43,036 bases of DNA from positions 1-43,036 of the IMG/VR virus record IMGVR_UViG_2671180804_000003; one strand, given 5' to 3'. A program made the translations under genes and the position numbers. Numbering within the stretch: the first letter of the stretch is position 1; the number at the start of each line of letters is the position of its first letter. Of the stretch, positions 27,187 through 36,005 are shown piece after piece. The notes under the pieces are model-generated. The model saw only the letters and a program-made list of their open reading frames with translations, was not told where the DNA came from and did no database searches. The stretch is from a virus (taxonomy: Duplodnaviria; Heunggongvirae; Uroviricota; Caudoviricetes).

Positions 27187-28248
27187 TTACGCTTTTGTTA
27201 TTACGCCGATCGCCAGCGCTCGATTCATAAATCGGAATAGCAGCTCCAGCTGGGTACCGTGTTTTTTCTCGAACGCTGCAACATCAGCATGTAATTTGTC
27301 GTGACACTCTCTGCACAGAGGGATCACGAACAAATCGTGGGCTTTAGTGGCGGTACCGCCCATGCCGTGACCAATGACATGGTGTGGATCATCCGCTGGC
27401 CGCCGGCAACCTTCACAGGGCTGGGTTTTAGCCCACCGGGTATAGTCCTCATTCACCCACCTGCGGTGTTTTGGGCGCAACATGAATGATTCAGGGGATT
27501 CAGGATCCGCATGCAGAGCCAGAACCTGTGGCTGGTCATAGGCCACTTCCTGATTTGTTCCATGCTTTAAATGCGCAGCCGTGACCGCAGGGGTGACCTT
27601 CTTCTGCAAAATGTTTTTTGTCGGTGGCATCGGCACAATGTCACTTTCGCGATATACGGATAAAAACGGCTCATCCGGTAAGCGAAGCGCATGCTGGGCC
27701 ATCCTTTCCGTGATTGCATCAGCAATGCCTGAGTAAACGGCCCACCAGCACAATTCACCGAGGGATAGTTCACGCTCGTTGTTGTAGCCAAGCGAAGACA
27801 GGATAGAACTGATCAGCCAGTTAATGAGATTACGCCGGGCCAGTTCTGCCAGCGCCGCGGTGGTTTGCTCGCGCAGCTGGTTATCGCAATGCCAACAGAG
27901 CAACATTGATCCAGGGGGATGTCGCATCGTTACCAGCTCATGATGGTGATAATCAGTGTGCGGGTACTGGCATTCCTTCACGTTACGCTCTAGCCAGGAT
28001 TCCAACCCGGACAAACCGCCTGCTGCACGGATAACTCTCTCGTCGGTGAAGAATTCCTCGAGGGACTTATCTTCTGCCAGCGGCTGCCGGGCATCAGGGA
28101 CGAGCCCCGACGGAAGCCCAGCCATGCTTTTTGGCTGAGGCTCCACCAGCACACGCCCCTGTTGAAACAAAGACATCAGTTCGCTACCCGGCTTTAACAG
28201 CACAAGCCCAAGGCGCGGAACAGTCTCGGCTGTAAACAGTCCTCTCAC
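27187..28248 (-). CDS. DUF968-like protein with C-terminal HNH-like Cys/His motif (YdfU-like)
   Basis: 353 aa; C-terminal HHVIGHGMGG...CRECHDKLH; typical lambdoid nin-region gene. Confidence 0.55.
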   Translation of the reverse strand: MRGLFTAETVPRLGLVLLKPGSELMSLFQQGRVLVEPQPKSMAGLPSGLVPDARQPLAEDKSLEEFFTDERVIRAAGGLSGLESWLERNVKECQYPHTDYHHHELVTMRHPPGSMLLCWHCDNQLREQTTAALAELARRNLINWLISSILSSLGYNNERELSLGELCWWAVYSGIADAITERMAQHALRLPDEPFLSVYRESDIVPMPPTKNILQKKVTPAVTAAHLKHGTNQEVAYDQPQVLALHADPESPESFMLRPKHRRWVNEDYTRWAKTQPCEGCRRPADDPHHVIGHGMGGTATKAHDLFVIPLCRECHDKLHADVAAFEKKHGTQLELLFRFMNRALAIGVITKA

Positions 28249-28937
28249 GCGGCATGCCCCTTAGCGATGTGTGCCGTCCACAGGCCGCCGATCCACTCGA
28301 TGCCTTTGGGTGTAAAACGTGCCTGGCTAAAGGCGTAGTTTGTTTCGCTCGTAGTGCCAGTTTTCACTTCAAACCGCCCGGCAGCAATGTGCTGGTGCCG
28401 AGGTGTCAGCACTCCACTGAGCCGGTACAAAATGCCGCTCTCAATGAGGAACAAGCGGAAATCGGTCTCTTTGGCCTGCAACAGCTTTGCCACCTGGCGG
28501 AAAGACATTGAGCCTTTGGCAGTACAATATCGATCGACAAACTCAACTTTCGGCGCGGCAGCGGCTAACTGCTGGCTGAGTTGTTCTTTCTGCTCGGCCA
28601 GATCCGCGGCGAGACGTAATGCCTCCGGCAATGTTTGCGGGACACTTACGGCCTGGCTGTTCTCCAGCTCTTGCCAGCGATCGACAACAGCGGCGGTAAA
28701 TTCTGGCGACAGCCTGGCGACGATCACCAGAGAATCACGTTTGTTAAACCAATACTCCTCGTAGGTTTGCCCGTTTTGCGGGTGTGTGTAGGGGGTGTGC
28801 GCCAACGGCGCGGTTAAAATACCAGCAGATGCAAGGCGCTCAGCTGAGCGCTTCACATCACCATGTTTGCTCTGCACCAGCCTGGCAATTTCACGGCTGG
28901 ACATTGTCACAACACCCTTAGCGGTTAACTGATTCAT
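28245..28937 (-). CDS. Rha-family phage regulatory protein / antirepressor
   Basis: N-terminal MSSREIARLVQSKHGDVKRSAERL matches Rha family; start at MNQLTAKG. Confidence 0.7.
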   Translation of the reverse strand: MNQLTAKGVVTMSSREIARLVQSKHGDVKRSAERLASAGILTAPLAHTPYTHPQNGQTYEEYWFNKRDSLVIVARLSPEFTAAVVDRWQELENSQAVSVPQTLPEALRLAADLAEQKEQLSQQLAAAAPKVEFVDRYCTAKGSMSFRQVAKLLQAKETDFRLFLIESGILYRLSGVLTPRHQHIAAGRFEVKTGTTSETNYAFSQARFTPKGIEWIGGLWTAHIAKGHAA

Positions 28938-28951
28938 GCTATTTCTCCATA

Positions 28952-30889
28952 TCAGGCGGCTGCACCCGCCTTTTGATTTGCACATAATTCAGGAAGATTT
29001 GCTTCTACCAGCGCACGAGCGAACGGCGGCGGTACTGCGTTACCACAGCGCGCTACCTGCTTGTCTTTGGCGTAACGATTGCCGCGATAGTCCTGATCGA
29101 TAACGTAGCCGTCAGGGAAGCCCTGCGCCTTATAAAGCTCATGCGGTTGCAGCATGCGCATTCCGATATCGACGATCTGGTACTTAACCCCCTCGATCGT
29201 CACCAGCCATTCATCCTCGCTATCACCGCAGTAGGTTTCGAGGAATGTCCGGACCTCGCCAACGTGCTGGCCACCAGCGGTAATCGTCGGCATAGGTGTA
29301 TCCATGGTCTGACCGTCGCGGCAGGTTCCGCGCAGCTTCACCAGGTGCGACGCAACTACCGCGTGGTGATCAACAGTAGTGACTGAGTGGGCAGGCTCAT
29401 CCATACCAACACCCGGCCCCGTGTAATTCCCACCATAGTGCTTCGCCAGGAACGCGCTCACCGTTGCAAACTTATTACCACCAGCAGTGACCGTGCCGAG
29501 CGGGTTATTCAGTTGAAGAACACGCGGTTCTTGCCCTGGGCGTTCGCCGTACCCCATCTGGATCAGTGTTGGAGTTACCAGCTGCGACTTACCGCCACCA
29601 CCTGCAGTAATCGTCGCACTCGGTTCGTCAGCCCTGTGCCCAACACTGGCTCCAAACTGGCGGGCGATGACCGGCGCAACCACGCACGCGCGGGACTGCT
29701 TGAGGATTGTATGAGCGGGTTTATCCAGCGGGCGCGGCTTTGCCTGGTACTCACTGCCGCCATTGCCAGCCAGGAACGGTGTCAGGGCGGCCTCAACTAC
29801 GCCAAGCGCATGCCCATTCCCGCCCGGGCGCGCCGACGTACCAGCGGTGACAGTTGGTACCGGCTCGGTCACTGGCTGCCCGGTGGCCCCGGTGCGGAAT
29901 TTAGTAAGATGCGGTACCGCCAGTGCGTAGCCATGCTTTTTAGTGATGGTCTGCAATGGCTCTAACAACGATTGCCCGCGGAAACAGTCATAACCTCCTT
30001 TCGTCGTGGTGTGGTTACACTTCACGATGAAAGGTGATGCGCTTTCGATAACAAAGCGCTGGATGCCGCGCGCGATACGTTTGAGCGTATTTTCCGCCAG
30101 CGGCTTTTTGCGGTCGAAGATGGACCGGGCCGGGATATTCCAGTCAATGCACTCCGCCGCGGTACGCCATGGCGCCAGCTTGCCGCTTTGTACTTCCAGT
30201 GATTTTGGATCCCCATGAGTCGCTTCAGGCCAATGAATCTTGCGGCCGTCACAGCGCATGACCATGAAGAAACGCTTTCTGATCGTCGGCGCGCCGTAGT
30301 CACATGCGCGCAGCTCCCGATAATCAACCTCATAACCAAGCCCGGCGATCAGCTGTTGCGCCTGCTGGCCGTGCGGCTCAATGGCAAGGAATTCACAAAC
30401 CTCAGCCAGCGCAGGGTGATTCGCCGCGATCCCCGTCGACAGCATGCCGACAAATGCCTCGAATGTTTCGCCAGCACGCTCAGGATCTGGGCGTAATTCT
30501 TCATCCAGCAGCGGGCCCCATGTCTTAAACTCTTCGACGTTCTCCAGCATCATGACGCGGGGACGTACTGCCAGCGCCCAGCGCAGGACAATCCACGCCA
30601 GCCCGCGAATCTCTTTCTTAACCGGCTTAGCGCCCTTCGCCTTGGAAAAGTGGCGGCAGTCAGGGCTAAACCAGGCCAGACCGACAGGTTTACCGCTGGT
30701 GGCTGCGCTTGGGTCAACGTCAAACACCGACTCGCAATAATGCAGCGTGTCAGGGTGATTCGTCTTATGCATCGCAATAGCGTTTTCGTCGTGGTTGATA
30801 GCGATATCCACGCTACGCCCGATCGCCAGTTCAATGCCGGTACTCGCGCCGCCGCCACCAGCAAAGTTATCAACGATAATTTCACGCAT
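28952..30889 (-). CDS. DNA (cytosine-5)-methyltransferase
   Basis: Motif I DNFAGGGG, PC motif FSPDCRHFS, ENV motif MLENVEEF; start at MREIIVDNF. Confidence 0.85.
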   Translation of the reverse strand: MREIIVDNFAGGGGASTGIELAIGRSVDIAINHDENAIAMHKTNHPDTLHYCESVFDVDPSAATSGKPVGLAWFSPDCRHFSKAKGAKPVKKEIRGLAWIVLRWALAVRPRVMMLENVEEFKTWGPLLDEELRPDPERAGETFEAFVGMLSTGIAANHPALAEVCEFLAIEPHGQQAQQLIAGLGYEVDYRELRACDYGAPTIRKRFFMVMRCDGRKIHWPEATHGDPKSLEVQSGKLAPWRTAAECIDWNIPARSIFDRKKPLAENTLKRIARGIQRFVIESASPFIVKCNHTTTKGGYDCFRGQSLLEPLQTITKKHGYALAVPHLTKFRTGATGQPVTEPVPTVTAGTSARPGGNGHALGVVEAALTPFLAGNGGSEYQAKPRPLDKPAHTILKQSRACVVAPVIARQFGASVGHRADEPSATITAGGGGKSQLVTPTLIQMGYGERPGQEPRVLQLNNPLGTVTAGGNKFATVSAFLAKHYGGNYTGPGVGMDEPAHSVTTVDHHAVVASHLVKLRGTCRDGQTMDTPMPTITAGGQHVGEVRTFLETYCGDSEDEWLVTIEGVKYQIVDIGMRMLQPHELYKAQGFPDGYVIDQDYRGNRYAKDKQVARCGNAVPPPFARALVEANLPELCANQKAGAAA

Positions 30890-32216
30890 TGACGGCCCCC
30901 TGCATGCTGTTGAAGAGACCACCAGCGGTCGTGATAATTTCACTCGTCGGCATACGTTCGAGCCACAGCTGGTTGATATTGGCTTTCAGCTTGTTCTGCT
31001 GCGAAACAGGTAGAGCGTCAGCCCCTTCAATCTGGTTAAACACCAGTCCAACCTCAAGAGGCCAAACGCGCGATTCGTTTAACGCCTTGTCCTTTGATTC
31101 CTGCGTCTCACGGACATGGGCGCGGATCCCCCGAATATTTGACCATTTGGCTTTATCCAGGCTTTCCATGGTCGCGATGAATTCACTGTGGTTAATGCCG
31201 TATTCTTTCGCAGACTCAACGGCAACCGTGCGTAACCGCTCTGACATGTCTTGTTTCACGTCATCGCTATCAAAGGGCAATGTTTCCAGCCATGCATTAA
31301 CACCCACCAGGATGCTCTCGCTGATCAGCTTTTTCGCTCTGTCGATCGTCAGCGGTGAAACATTGGTAAATTCAGGGTTTTCCAGAGAGTCGGCAGCCCA
31401 GGTATGACCAAACTTTGACTCGCTGAAGGTGTACTCGTCTTTCTTGCCGAACGCCGCGACAACACAGGCCCAAGCCTCTACACCGCTGGTTTCCAGAATG
31501 GCTTTTTGGGTTAATGGCAGTTCTGCCTCTGATTTCTCCGGCACTACCTCAGCGTCCAGCTCCGGCGCCGCATCAGTTTGCGTTCTTCCCACGGCAAATT
31601 GGGCCAGCGACATCGCAGCACGGCCTTTGGCCTCCAGGTCGGTGCGGTTGATGTAACTGAAACGCTCACCCCGCCATGTTTTGTCGAAGACCACGATAGC
31701 GCCAGCAAAAAATGCGCTGGTGGGCTGCTGCTTTTCGTCTTTCGGCACGAACCATGTAGGAAGATCGAAACCAATTCGGCCACGGATGAATGTGACGTGA
31801 TCTGCCTCTACCGGCCACCACGTTTCACTCGTCGCAGACTTAATGAGAAAAACGTACCGACCACCCTTTTCTCGCATGGCCATAGCGTGGTTAATGATGT
31901 GGGTCATTCCGGTAACGGCCTGCTTGTCGTGGTACTGAGAGCGGCTGTAAGGCGGGTTGCCAAACCCGGCACCACCGAGTTCTGCCAGCCGCTCTGACCA
32001 ATCCTGCGTCAGGGCATTATCTTCAGCCGTGTACCATGCTGGGCACTTCGCGTTGCTGTCGTCGGCAAAAAGGTCCAACACCAGAGGGCCGAACATCGCA
32101 TTGATCCCCCAAAACAACAGATCCGGAGTGCGCCATTGATCACCGACCTCTTTCAACTCGTGTGCTGGTTTTGAACGGAGTTCAGCCAGTGCACGGCAGT
32201 ATTTATTTTCCATCAT
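30882..32216 (-). CDS. Phage Dam-type N6-adenine methyltransferase with about 250-aa C-terminal extension of unknown function
   Basis: N-terminal W.TP..LF and GFGNPPYS motif typical of phage Dam family; C-terminal half unassigned. Confidence 0.65.
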   Translation of the reverse strand: MMENKYCRALAELRSKPAHELKEVGDQWRTPDLLFWGINAMFGPLVLDLFADDSNAKCPAWYTAEDNALTQDWSERLAELGGAGFGNPPYSRSQYHDKQAVTGMTHIINHAMAMREKGGRYVFLIKSATSETWWPVEADHVTFIRGRIGFDLPTWFVPKDEKQQPTSAFFAGAIVVFDKTWRGERFSYINRTDLEAKGRAAMSLAQFAVGRTQTDAAPELDAEVVPEKSEAELPLTQKAILETSGVEAWACVVAAFGKKDEYTFSESKFGHTWAADSLENPEFTNVSPLTIDRAKKLISESILVGVNAWLETLPFDSDDVKQDMSERLRTVAVESAKEYGINHSEFIATMESLDKAKWSNIRGIRAHVRETQESKDKALNESRVWPLEVGLVFNQIEGADALPVSQQNKLKANINQLWLERMPTSEIITTAGGLFNSMQGAVNA

Positions 32217-33067
32217 CCTCTGAACCCCTCTGGAATCTTGCTATCAACCGGACCGAACTTCATCGGGTCATGTTTCTTTTCACCCCAGCTGTCACGCGGT
32301 GGCCGCCCCTTCTTGTCCCAGCGGATCCCGCTTTGCAGATAACCTTCAAATTTTTTCGGACCGAAGAGCGTTTCAGGACGCATGTACTGGTACTGCACGT
32401 CATTGCCGTTCCAGTGCTCATGCTTAAGGTCGATCACCAGCTGTAAGTCGCTAACGGTGTAACCTTCACGCAGACGAGCACGGATGTTTTCCAGAGAAGT
32501 TTTTGATTTTTGGTATCGTGAGCCACTAACCAGGTTCAGATGATTCAGAACCAGGATGGCGTTATCGGTGATCATCACTTCAGGGTCTGGTTGCGGCGCA
32601 ACCGGACAAGAAGGTTTTTTAACTGATGGATCAGTAGTTGTATTTACTGACGGATCCCCCCCAGATTCTGACGGGTGAAAACCGCCTTTTTCATCGTTTT
32701 TTGATGCCTCAGATTTTGACGCGTCGGTTTTTGAGGCATCAGATTTTGATGCGTCAGAATCTGACAGGTGAGAAAAGGCAGCAGCCTGCAATTTCGCAAC
32801 ATTGAGCTGGTAAACGTTCGATGCATTTCGGTTGCCTTTACGGCGCTGCTGGCGGGTTAACCAACCATCTTTTTCCAGCTGAGATATGGCTGTACGAACC
32901 GTGCTCTCACCAGCACCAATCTGGCGCGCGATGGTAGCGATGGAAGGCCAGCTAACCCCTTCATCACTGCTGAAGTCTGCCAGACGCGCCATGATGGCAA
33001 CGCTGGATAACTTCATGCCTGACGAAGCGCATGCATCCCATACGTAACCGGTTAATTTAGTGCTCAT
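32213..33067 (-). CDS. Replication initiation protein (N-terminal HTH, O-like organisation)
   Basis: N-terminal HTH (WPSIATIARQIGAGESTVR); central SDASK repeats encoded by tandem DNA repeats; C-terminal conserved phage region. Confidence 0.55.
   Translation of the reverse strand: MSTKLTGYVWDACASSGMKLSSVAIMARLADFSSDEGVSWPSIATIARQIGAGESTVRTAISQLEKDGWLTRQQRRKGNRNASNVYQLNVAKLQAAAFSHLSDSDASKSDASKTDASKSEASKNDEKGGFHPSESGGDPSVNTTTDPSVKKPSCPVAPQPDPEVMITDNAILVLNHLNLVSGSRYQKSKTSLENIRARLREGYTVSDLQLVIDLKHEHWNGNDVQYQYMRPETLFGPKKFEGYLQSGIRWDKKGRPPRDSWGEKKHDPMKFGPVDSKIPEGFRG
32661..32770. repeat. Tandem 15/30-bp repeats inside replication gene (iteron-like, candidate ori)
   Basis: TTGATGCCTCAGATTTTGACGCGTCGG / TTGAGGCATCAGATTTTGATGCGTCAG with flanking partial copies. 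Confidence 0.45.
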
Positions 33068-33076
33068 GGTCGTCCT

Positions 33077-33415
33077 TTAATTCTGTAAATTTACGCTGGA
33101 ATTGTTCAAGAGGGCTGAAGCACTCATGATCGTACCCTTCGCGAAGGTATATAACGCGCTGTGTATCTGGCTCCCAGCGGACAACTCTGACGGGAACTCC
33201 GTAGTGATCTCTGAACCGCCGGTTAACTTCAGCCATTCCTCGCGCCCCTTCTCGTTCATCTGAACAAATGCTTCTACCATCAAGTCTGCTGGCTGGTAGT
33301 TGCCTCCATCAGCCGCGTTATTTATGATTTCCACATAGCCGAACTGGGCATCTTTACCCACCAGCGGCAAACATCTGAATTGCTTAGCTGGTCTGAATCG
33401 GTTTACACTGTTCAT
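33077..33415 (-). CDS. Hypothetical protein
   Basis: 112 aa ORF between CII-like and replication genes; no family recognised. Confidence 0.35.
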   Translation of the reverse strand: MNSVNRFRPAKQFRCLPLVGKDAQFGYVEIINNAADGGNYQPADLMVEAFVQMNEKGREEWLKLTGGSEITTEFPSELSAGSQIHSALYTFAKGTIMSASALLNNSSVNLQN

Positions 33416-33975
33416 GCGTTAGTTTCTCCACTGATACGACACGCCAAGGCGCCCGGAGCTGCACACTCGCGGGCGTCACCTTTTCTGCCTGTTGAAACGA
33501 ATACGTCAATCGCCTGATCTGAAACACCAACCCCATAAAGCGCCATAAATCCCAGGAACCCGTGAATCTGGTGGCGGAGCTTCTTACTGAATAATTCTGA
33601 AAGCGTTTTGCGCTCTGATGAATCAATTACCCCATCAGCCGCTGCTGCCATCTTGGCATTAGCCAGCTCACCAGATGCTGCTGCCGCTTTCATCTCAATG
33701 CTGTACAGCTCAACGTTATCCAGGCTCTCAGCAGTTGGAACATCCACCAGCCATTTCCCTTTTCGGTTCGCCTGGTACTCGGCCAAGTAACAAGAACCAG
33801 ACAGGTCCTCCATCCGTTCCAGTTCTGCCAAGGTAAAGAACCGACTGCCACACTTCTGGTACAGGTGGTTGTGGAACTGGTCGATAGTCATCCCTAAATC
33901 GGAAGCCATACCTAAGCGACCATGCTTGTGTGCCTTACACATCAGGCGGATTGCTGTATTTATGCTGTCTACCAT
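33412..33975 (-). CDS. CII-like / YdaT-like regulatory protein
   Basis: Start at MVDSINTAIRLM; position directly after Cro-like gene as in Rac-type immunity regions. Confidence 0.45.
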   Translation of the reverse strand: MVDSINTAIRLMCKAHKHGRLGMASDLGMTIDQFHNHLYQKCGSRFFTLAELERMEDLSGSCYLAEYQANRKGKWLVDVPTAESLDNVELYSIEMKAAAASGELANAKMAAAADGVIDSSERKTLSELFSKKLRHQIHGFLGFMALYGVGVSDQAIDVFVSTGRKGDARECAAPGALACRISGETNA

Positions 33976-34001
33976 GTTGATTTCCCTCTGGTAGTTAATA
34001 A

Positions 34002-34016
34002 TCAACTTAAAGTTGA
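34002..34016. promoter_or_regulatory. Palindromic operator-like site TCAACTTAAAGTTGA
   Basis: Perfect 7-1-7 inverted repeat between Cro-like and CII-like genes; related to the sites at 34296 and 35169. Confidence 0.4.
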
Positions 34017-34264
34017 CTATTGTTGTTAGCGGAAGGTATGCCGTCATTTTTGTTCGGATAAATATCAGGTCGTAATTGATGGGGAGTTACTACCCATCCG
34101 CCCCATTGGCAGAGTTGAATAACTCTTTCAGAAGGTACTCGGTTCTTTGCAATCCAGTTCGCAACAGATTGAACTGATTGGAATTCAAACCGCCTTGATA
34201 CCTCTGAAATCGACCCGATCGCCTTCACAGCTTTAGCTGTTACATTCTTGTGTTGAGATGACAT
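34007..34264 (-). CDS. Cro-like repressor (YdaS/Cro family HTH)
   Basis: Start at MSSQHKNV; VANWIAKNRVPSERV...LRPDIY matches the YdaS/Cro pattern; divergent from cI-like gene. Confidence 0.7.
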   Translation of the reverse strand: MSSQHKNVTAKAVKAIGSISEVSRRFEFQSVQSVANWIAKNRVPSERVIQLCQWGGWVVTPHQLRPDIYPNKNDGIPSANNNSQL

Positions 34265-34295
34265 GTGTTCTCCTATGACTAAGCCTGCATCAATA

Positions 34296-34308
34296 CTACT
34301 TATAGTAG
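34296..34308. promoter_or_regulatory. Operator-like inverted repeat CTACT-TAT-AGTAG in cro/cI divergent promoter region
   Basis: Located between Cro-like start (34264) and cI-like start (34334); shares half-site with 35169 site. Confidence 0.45.
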
Positions 34309-34333
34309 CAATTATTAGCAACTTAAAATAGAA

Positions 34334-35053
34334 ATGACAACTATGCCTTGTGCGCTTAATCTTCTACTTATGGTGGAAAATGCTAAATACAAAGACTTTG
34401 CCGAAAGGCTAAACAGGTCTCTCCAAGAGCAATCTATTGGAGTTAAAGAATTGTCAGAGTTCAGTGGTGTCTCGTATGAGATGGCGCGGCGCTACACTCT
34501 TGGTACTGCAAAGCCGAGAGATGAGAAGATGATTCGAATTGCAGAAAGACTTGCCGTCTCACCGGCTTATCTTGATTATGGTGTGCCTGTTAATGGTGGC
34601 GACGCGCCAGCCAAAGGCACGGTCAGAATAGAGCAATTGGATGTTCATGCTTCAGCCGGTTCCGGATATATAAACCAACCATTCCCTACAATAGTGAGCT
34701 CAATAGAGATTCCAGAAGAGAGGATCTTCGAGTTGTTTGGTCGTAGAAGCCTTGATGGCATCGTCATGATAAATGTTGATGGCGATAGCATGATGCCCAC
34801 GCTTTGCCCAAAGGACCTGCTTTTCATAGACAGCAAGGTTGAACAATTCAGCGGCGACGGCGTTTATGTGTTCAATTTTGAAGACAGTACGTTCGTTAAA
34901 CGTTTGCAGAAGGTAAAAGGGCGCCGACTGGCAGTTCTTTCAGACAATGAACATTACCCGCCCTTCTTCATAGAGGAGCATGAAATGAATGAACTATACA
35001 TATTCGGCAAGCTAATCAGATGCTTACCTCTAAAAATGATAGAGTTTGGCTAA
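34334..35053 (+). CDS. CI-like repressor (XRE HTH plus S24 LexA-type autopeptidase domain)
   Basis: N-terminal HTH; C-terminal GDSMMPTL and FVKRL (Ser/Lys dyad); no SD upstream, consistent with a leaderless start. Confidence 0.85.
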   Translation: MTTMPCALNLLLMVENAKYKDFAERLNRSLQEQSIGVKELSEFSGVSYEMARRYTLGTAKPRDEKMIRIAERLAVSPAYLDYGVPVNGGDAPAKGTVRIEQLDVHASAGSGYINQPFPTIVSSIEIPEERIFELFGRRSLDGIVMINVDGDSMMPTLCPKDLLFIDSKVEQFSGDGVYVFNFEDSTFVKRLQKVKGRRLAVLSDNEHYPPFFIEEHEMNELYIFGKLIRCLPLKMIEFG

Positions 35054-35070
35054 TAATTAATTCATCAAGA

Positions 35071-35094
35071 AACCGGCGAAAGCCGGTTTTTTTT
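35071..35094 (+). terminator. Rho-independent terminator after cI-like gene
   Basis: AACCGGC-GAAA-GCCGGTT followed by T8. Confidence 0.65.
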
Positions 35095-35168
35095 ACGCCT
35101 CCAATTCCTCACCTCATAACACTACACTACTAAAAATTTCATTTTCTACTTTTTGTTGTTGCAATTAT

Positions 35169-35181
35169 CTACTTAAAGTAG
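35169..35181. promoter_or_regulatory. Operator-like perfect palindrome CTACTTAAAGTAG (OL-like)
   Basis: 6-1-6 inverted repeat upstream of the plus-strand early operon. Confidence 0.45.
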
Positions 35182-35297
35182 CTATAGTCATTGCATCGAA
35201 AGCGAACAGGCAGGACGCCCACGAAGTAGCCGCCGGTGGCATATGAATAACCGGATGATTCGCTGACAGAAAACTTAGGTTGGGGGTAGAGGTTTAC

Positions 35298-35663
35298 ATG
35301 AATCATTTATTCACATGCTCATTTTGCGGAGCAACCGAACTGGGAGCGATAAAGATCGTCGCAAAAGGTGGTAAGGACGAACCTGCCATCTGTTCGGAAT
35401 GCGTAGTCACATGTGTAGAAAAAATGATCCTGACTAAAAAATCAGAGGCTGAAAAACCAACCTCTGATAACGAAATAATATCAGTCGATAAAAAACTATT
35501 TAAAGAGCTTCTTCAGCTTGTCCTCAACCTTCCTGATTTCGGAAGTAAGCTGGCTGCTGTTGACATTGATAGTAGCTCCACATCGACAAGTGAAACTTTT
35601 GTTCGACTTGAGCCAAGCGATTTTCTTCTTCGTCTTAGTGCCGCACTTAGGGCATGCGGGTAA
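35298..35663 (+). CDS. Small protein with ClpX-type zinc-binding-like N-terminus
   Basis: CSFCG-x19-CSEC resembles the ClpX N-terminal zinc-binding domain; AGAGGT 4 nt upstream of ATG. Confidence 0.45.
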   Translation: MNHLFTCSFCGATELGAIKIVAKGGKDEPAICSECVVTCVEKMILTKKSEAEKPTSDNEIISVDKKLFKELLQLVLNLPDFGSKLAAVDIDSSSTSTSETFVRLEPSDFLLRLSAALRACG

Positions 35664-35693
35664 CGTAATTTCCTGGTTATCAAAAGCGCCCAT
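35496..35693 (-). CDS. Small zinc-ribbon-like protein, antisense and overlapping the 3' half of 35298-35663
   Basis: CPKCG-x17-CRCG motif; AGAGGG 6 nt upstream of second ATG. Confidence 0.3.
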   Translation of the reverse strand: MGAFDNQEITLPACPKCGTKTKKKIAWLKSNKSFTCRCGATINVNSSQLTSEIRKVEDKLKKLFK

Positions 35694-36005
35694 AAACATC
35701 CCTCTTGGTTGTGTGAGAACACCAAGATACCACCGCGCCTGATGTGGTTAAAAGCAGGCTAAAGCAATAACAAGTAACTCCCTGTTCTGGCGGCCCGGTG
35801 TTTTCCCGTGTATTTCCGGTAACCGCCAGCCTTTTTCAGGGCACAACAGAAAAGGGCATCACCGGGCGACGGGCTCATAACCCAATCCACCCGGGCAAAA
35901 AGAAAGCGGTCTCTGCAAGCCGCCGACCAATGCAGGTGCCCTTCTCTGTTGTGTATGGAGAAACTAACTTTTTAGCGTCTGTGCAGATGCGCTGAGGAAC
36001 CGAGA

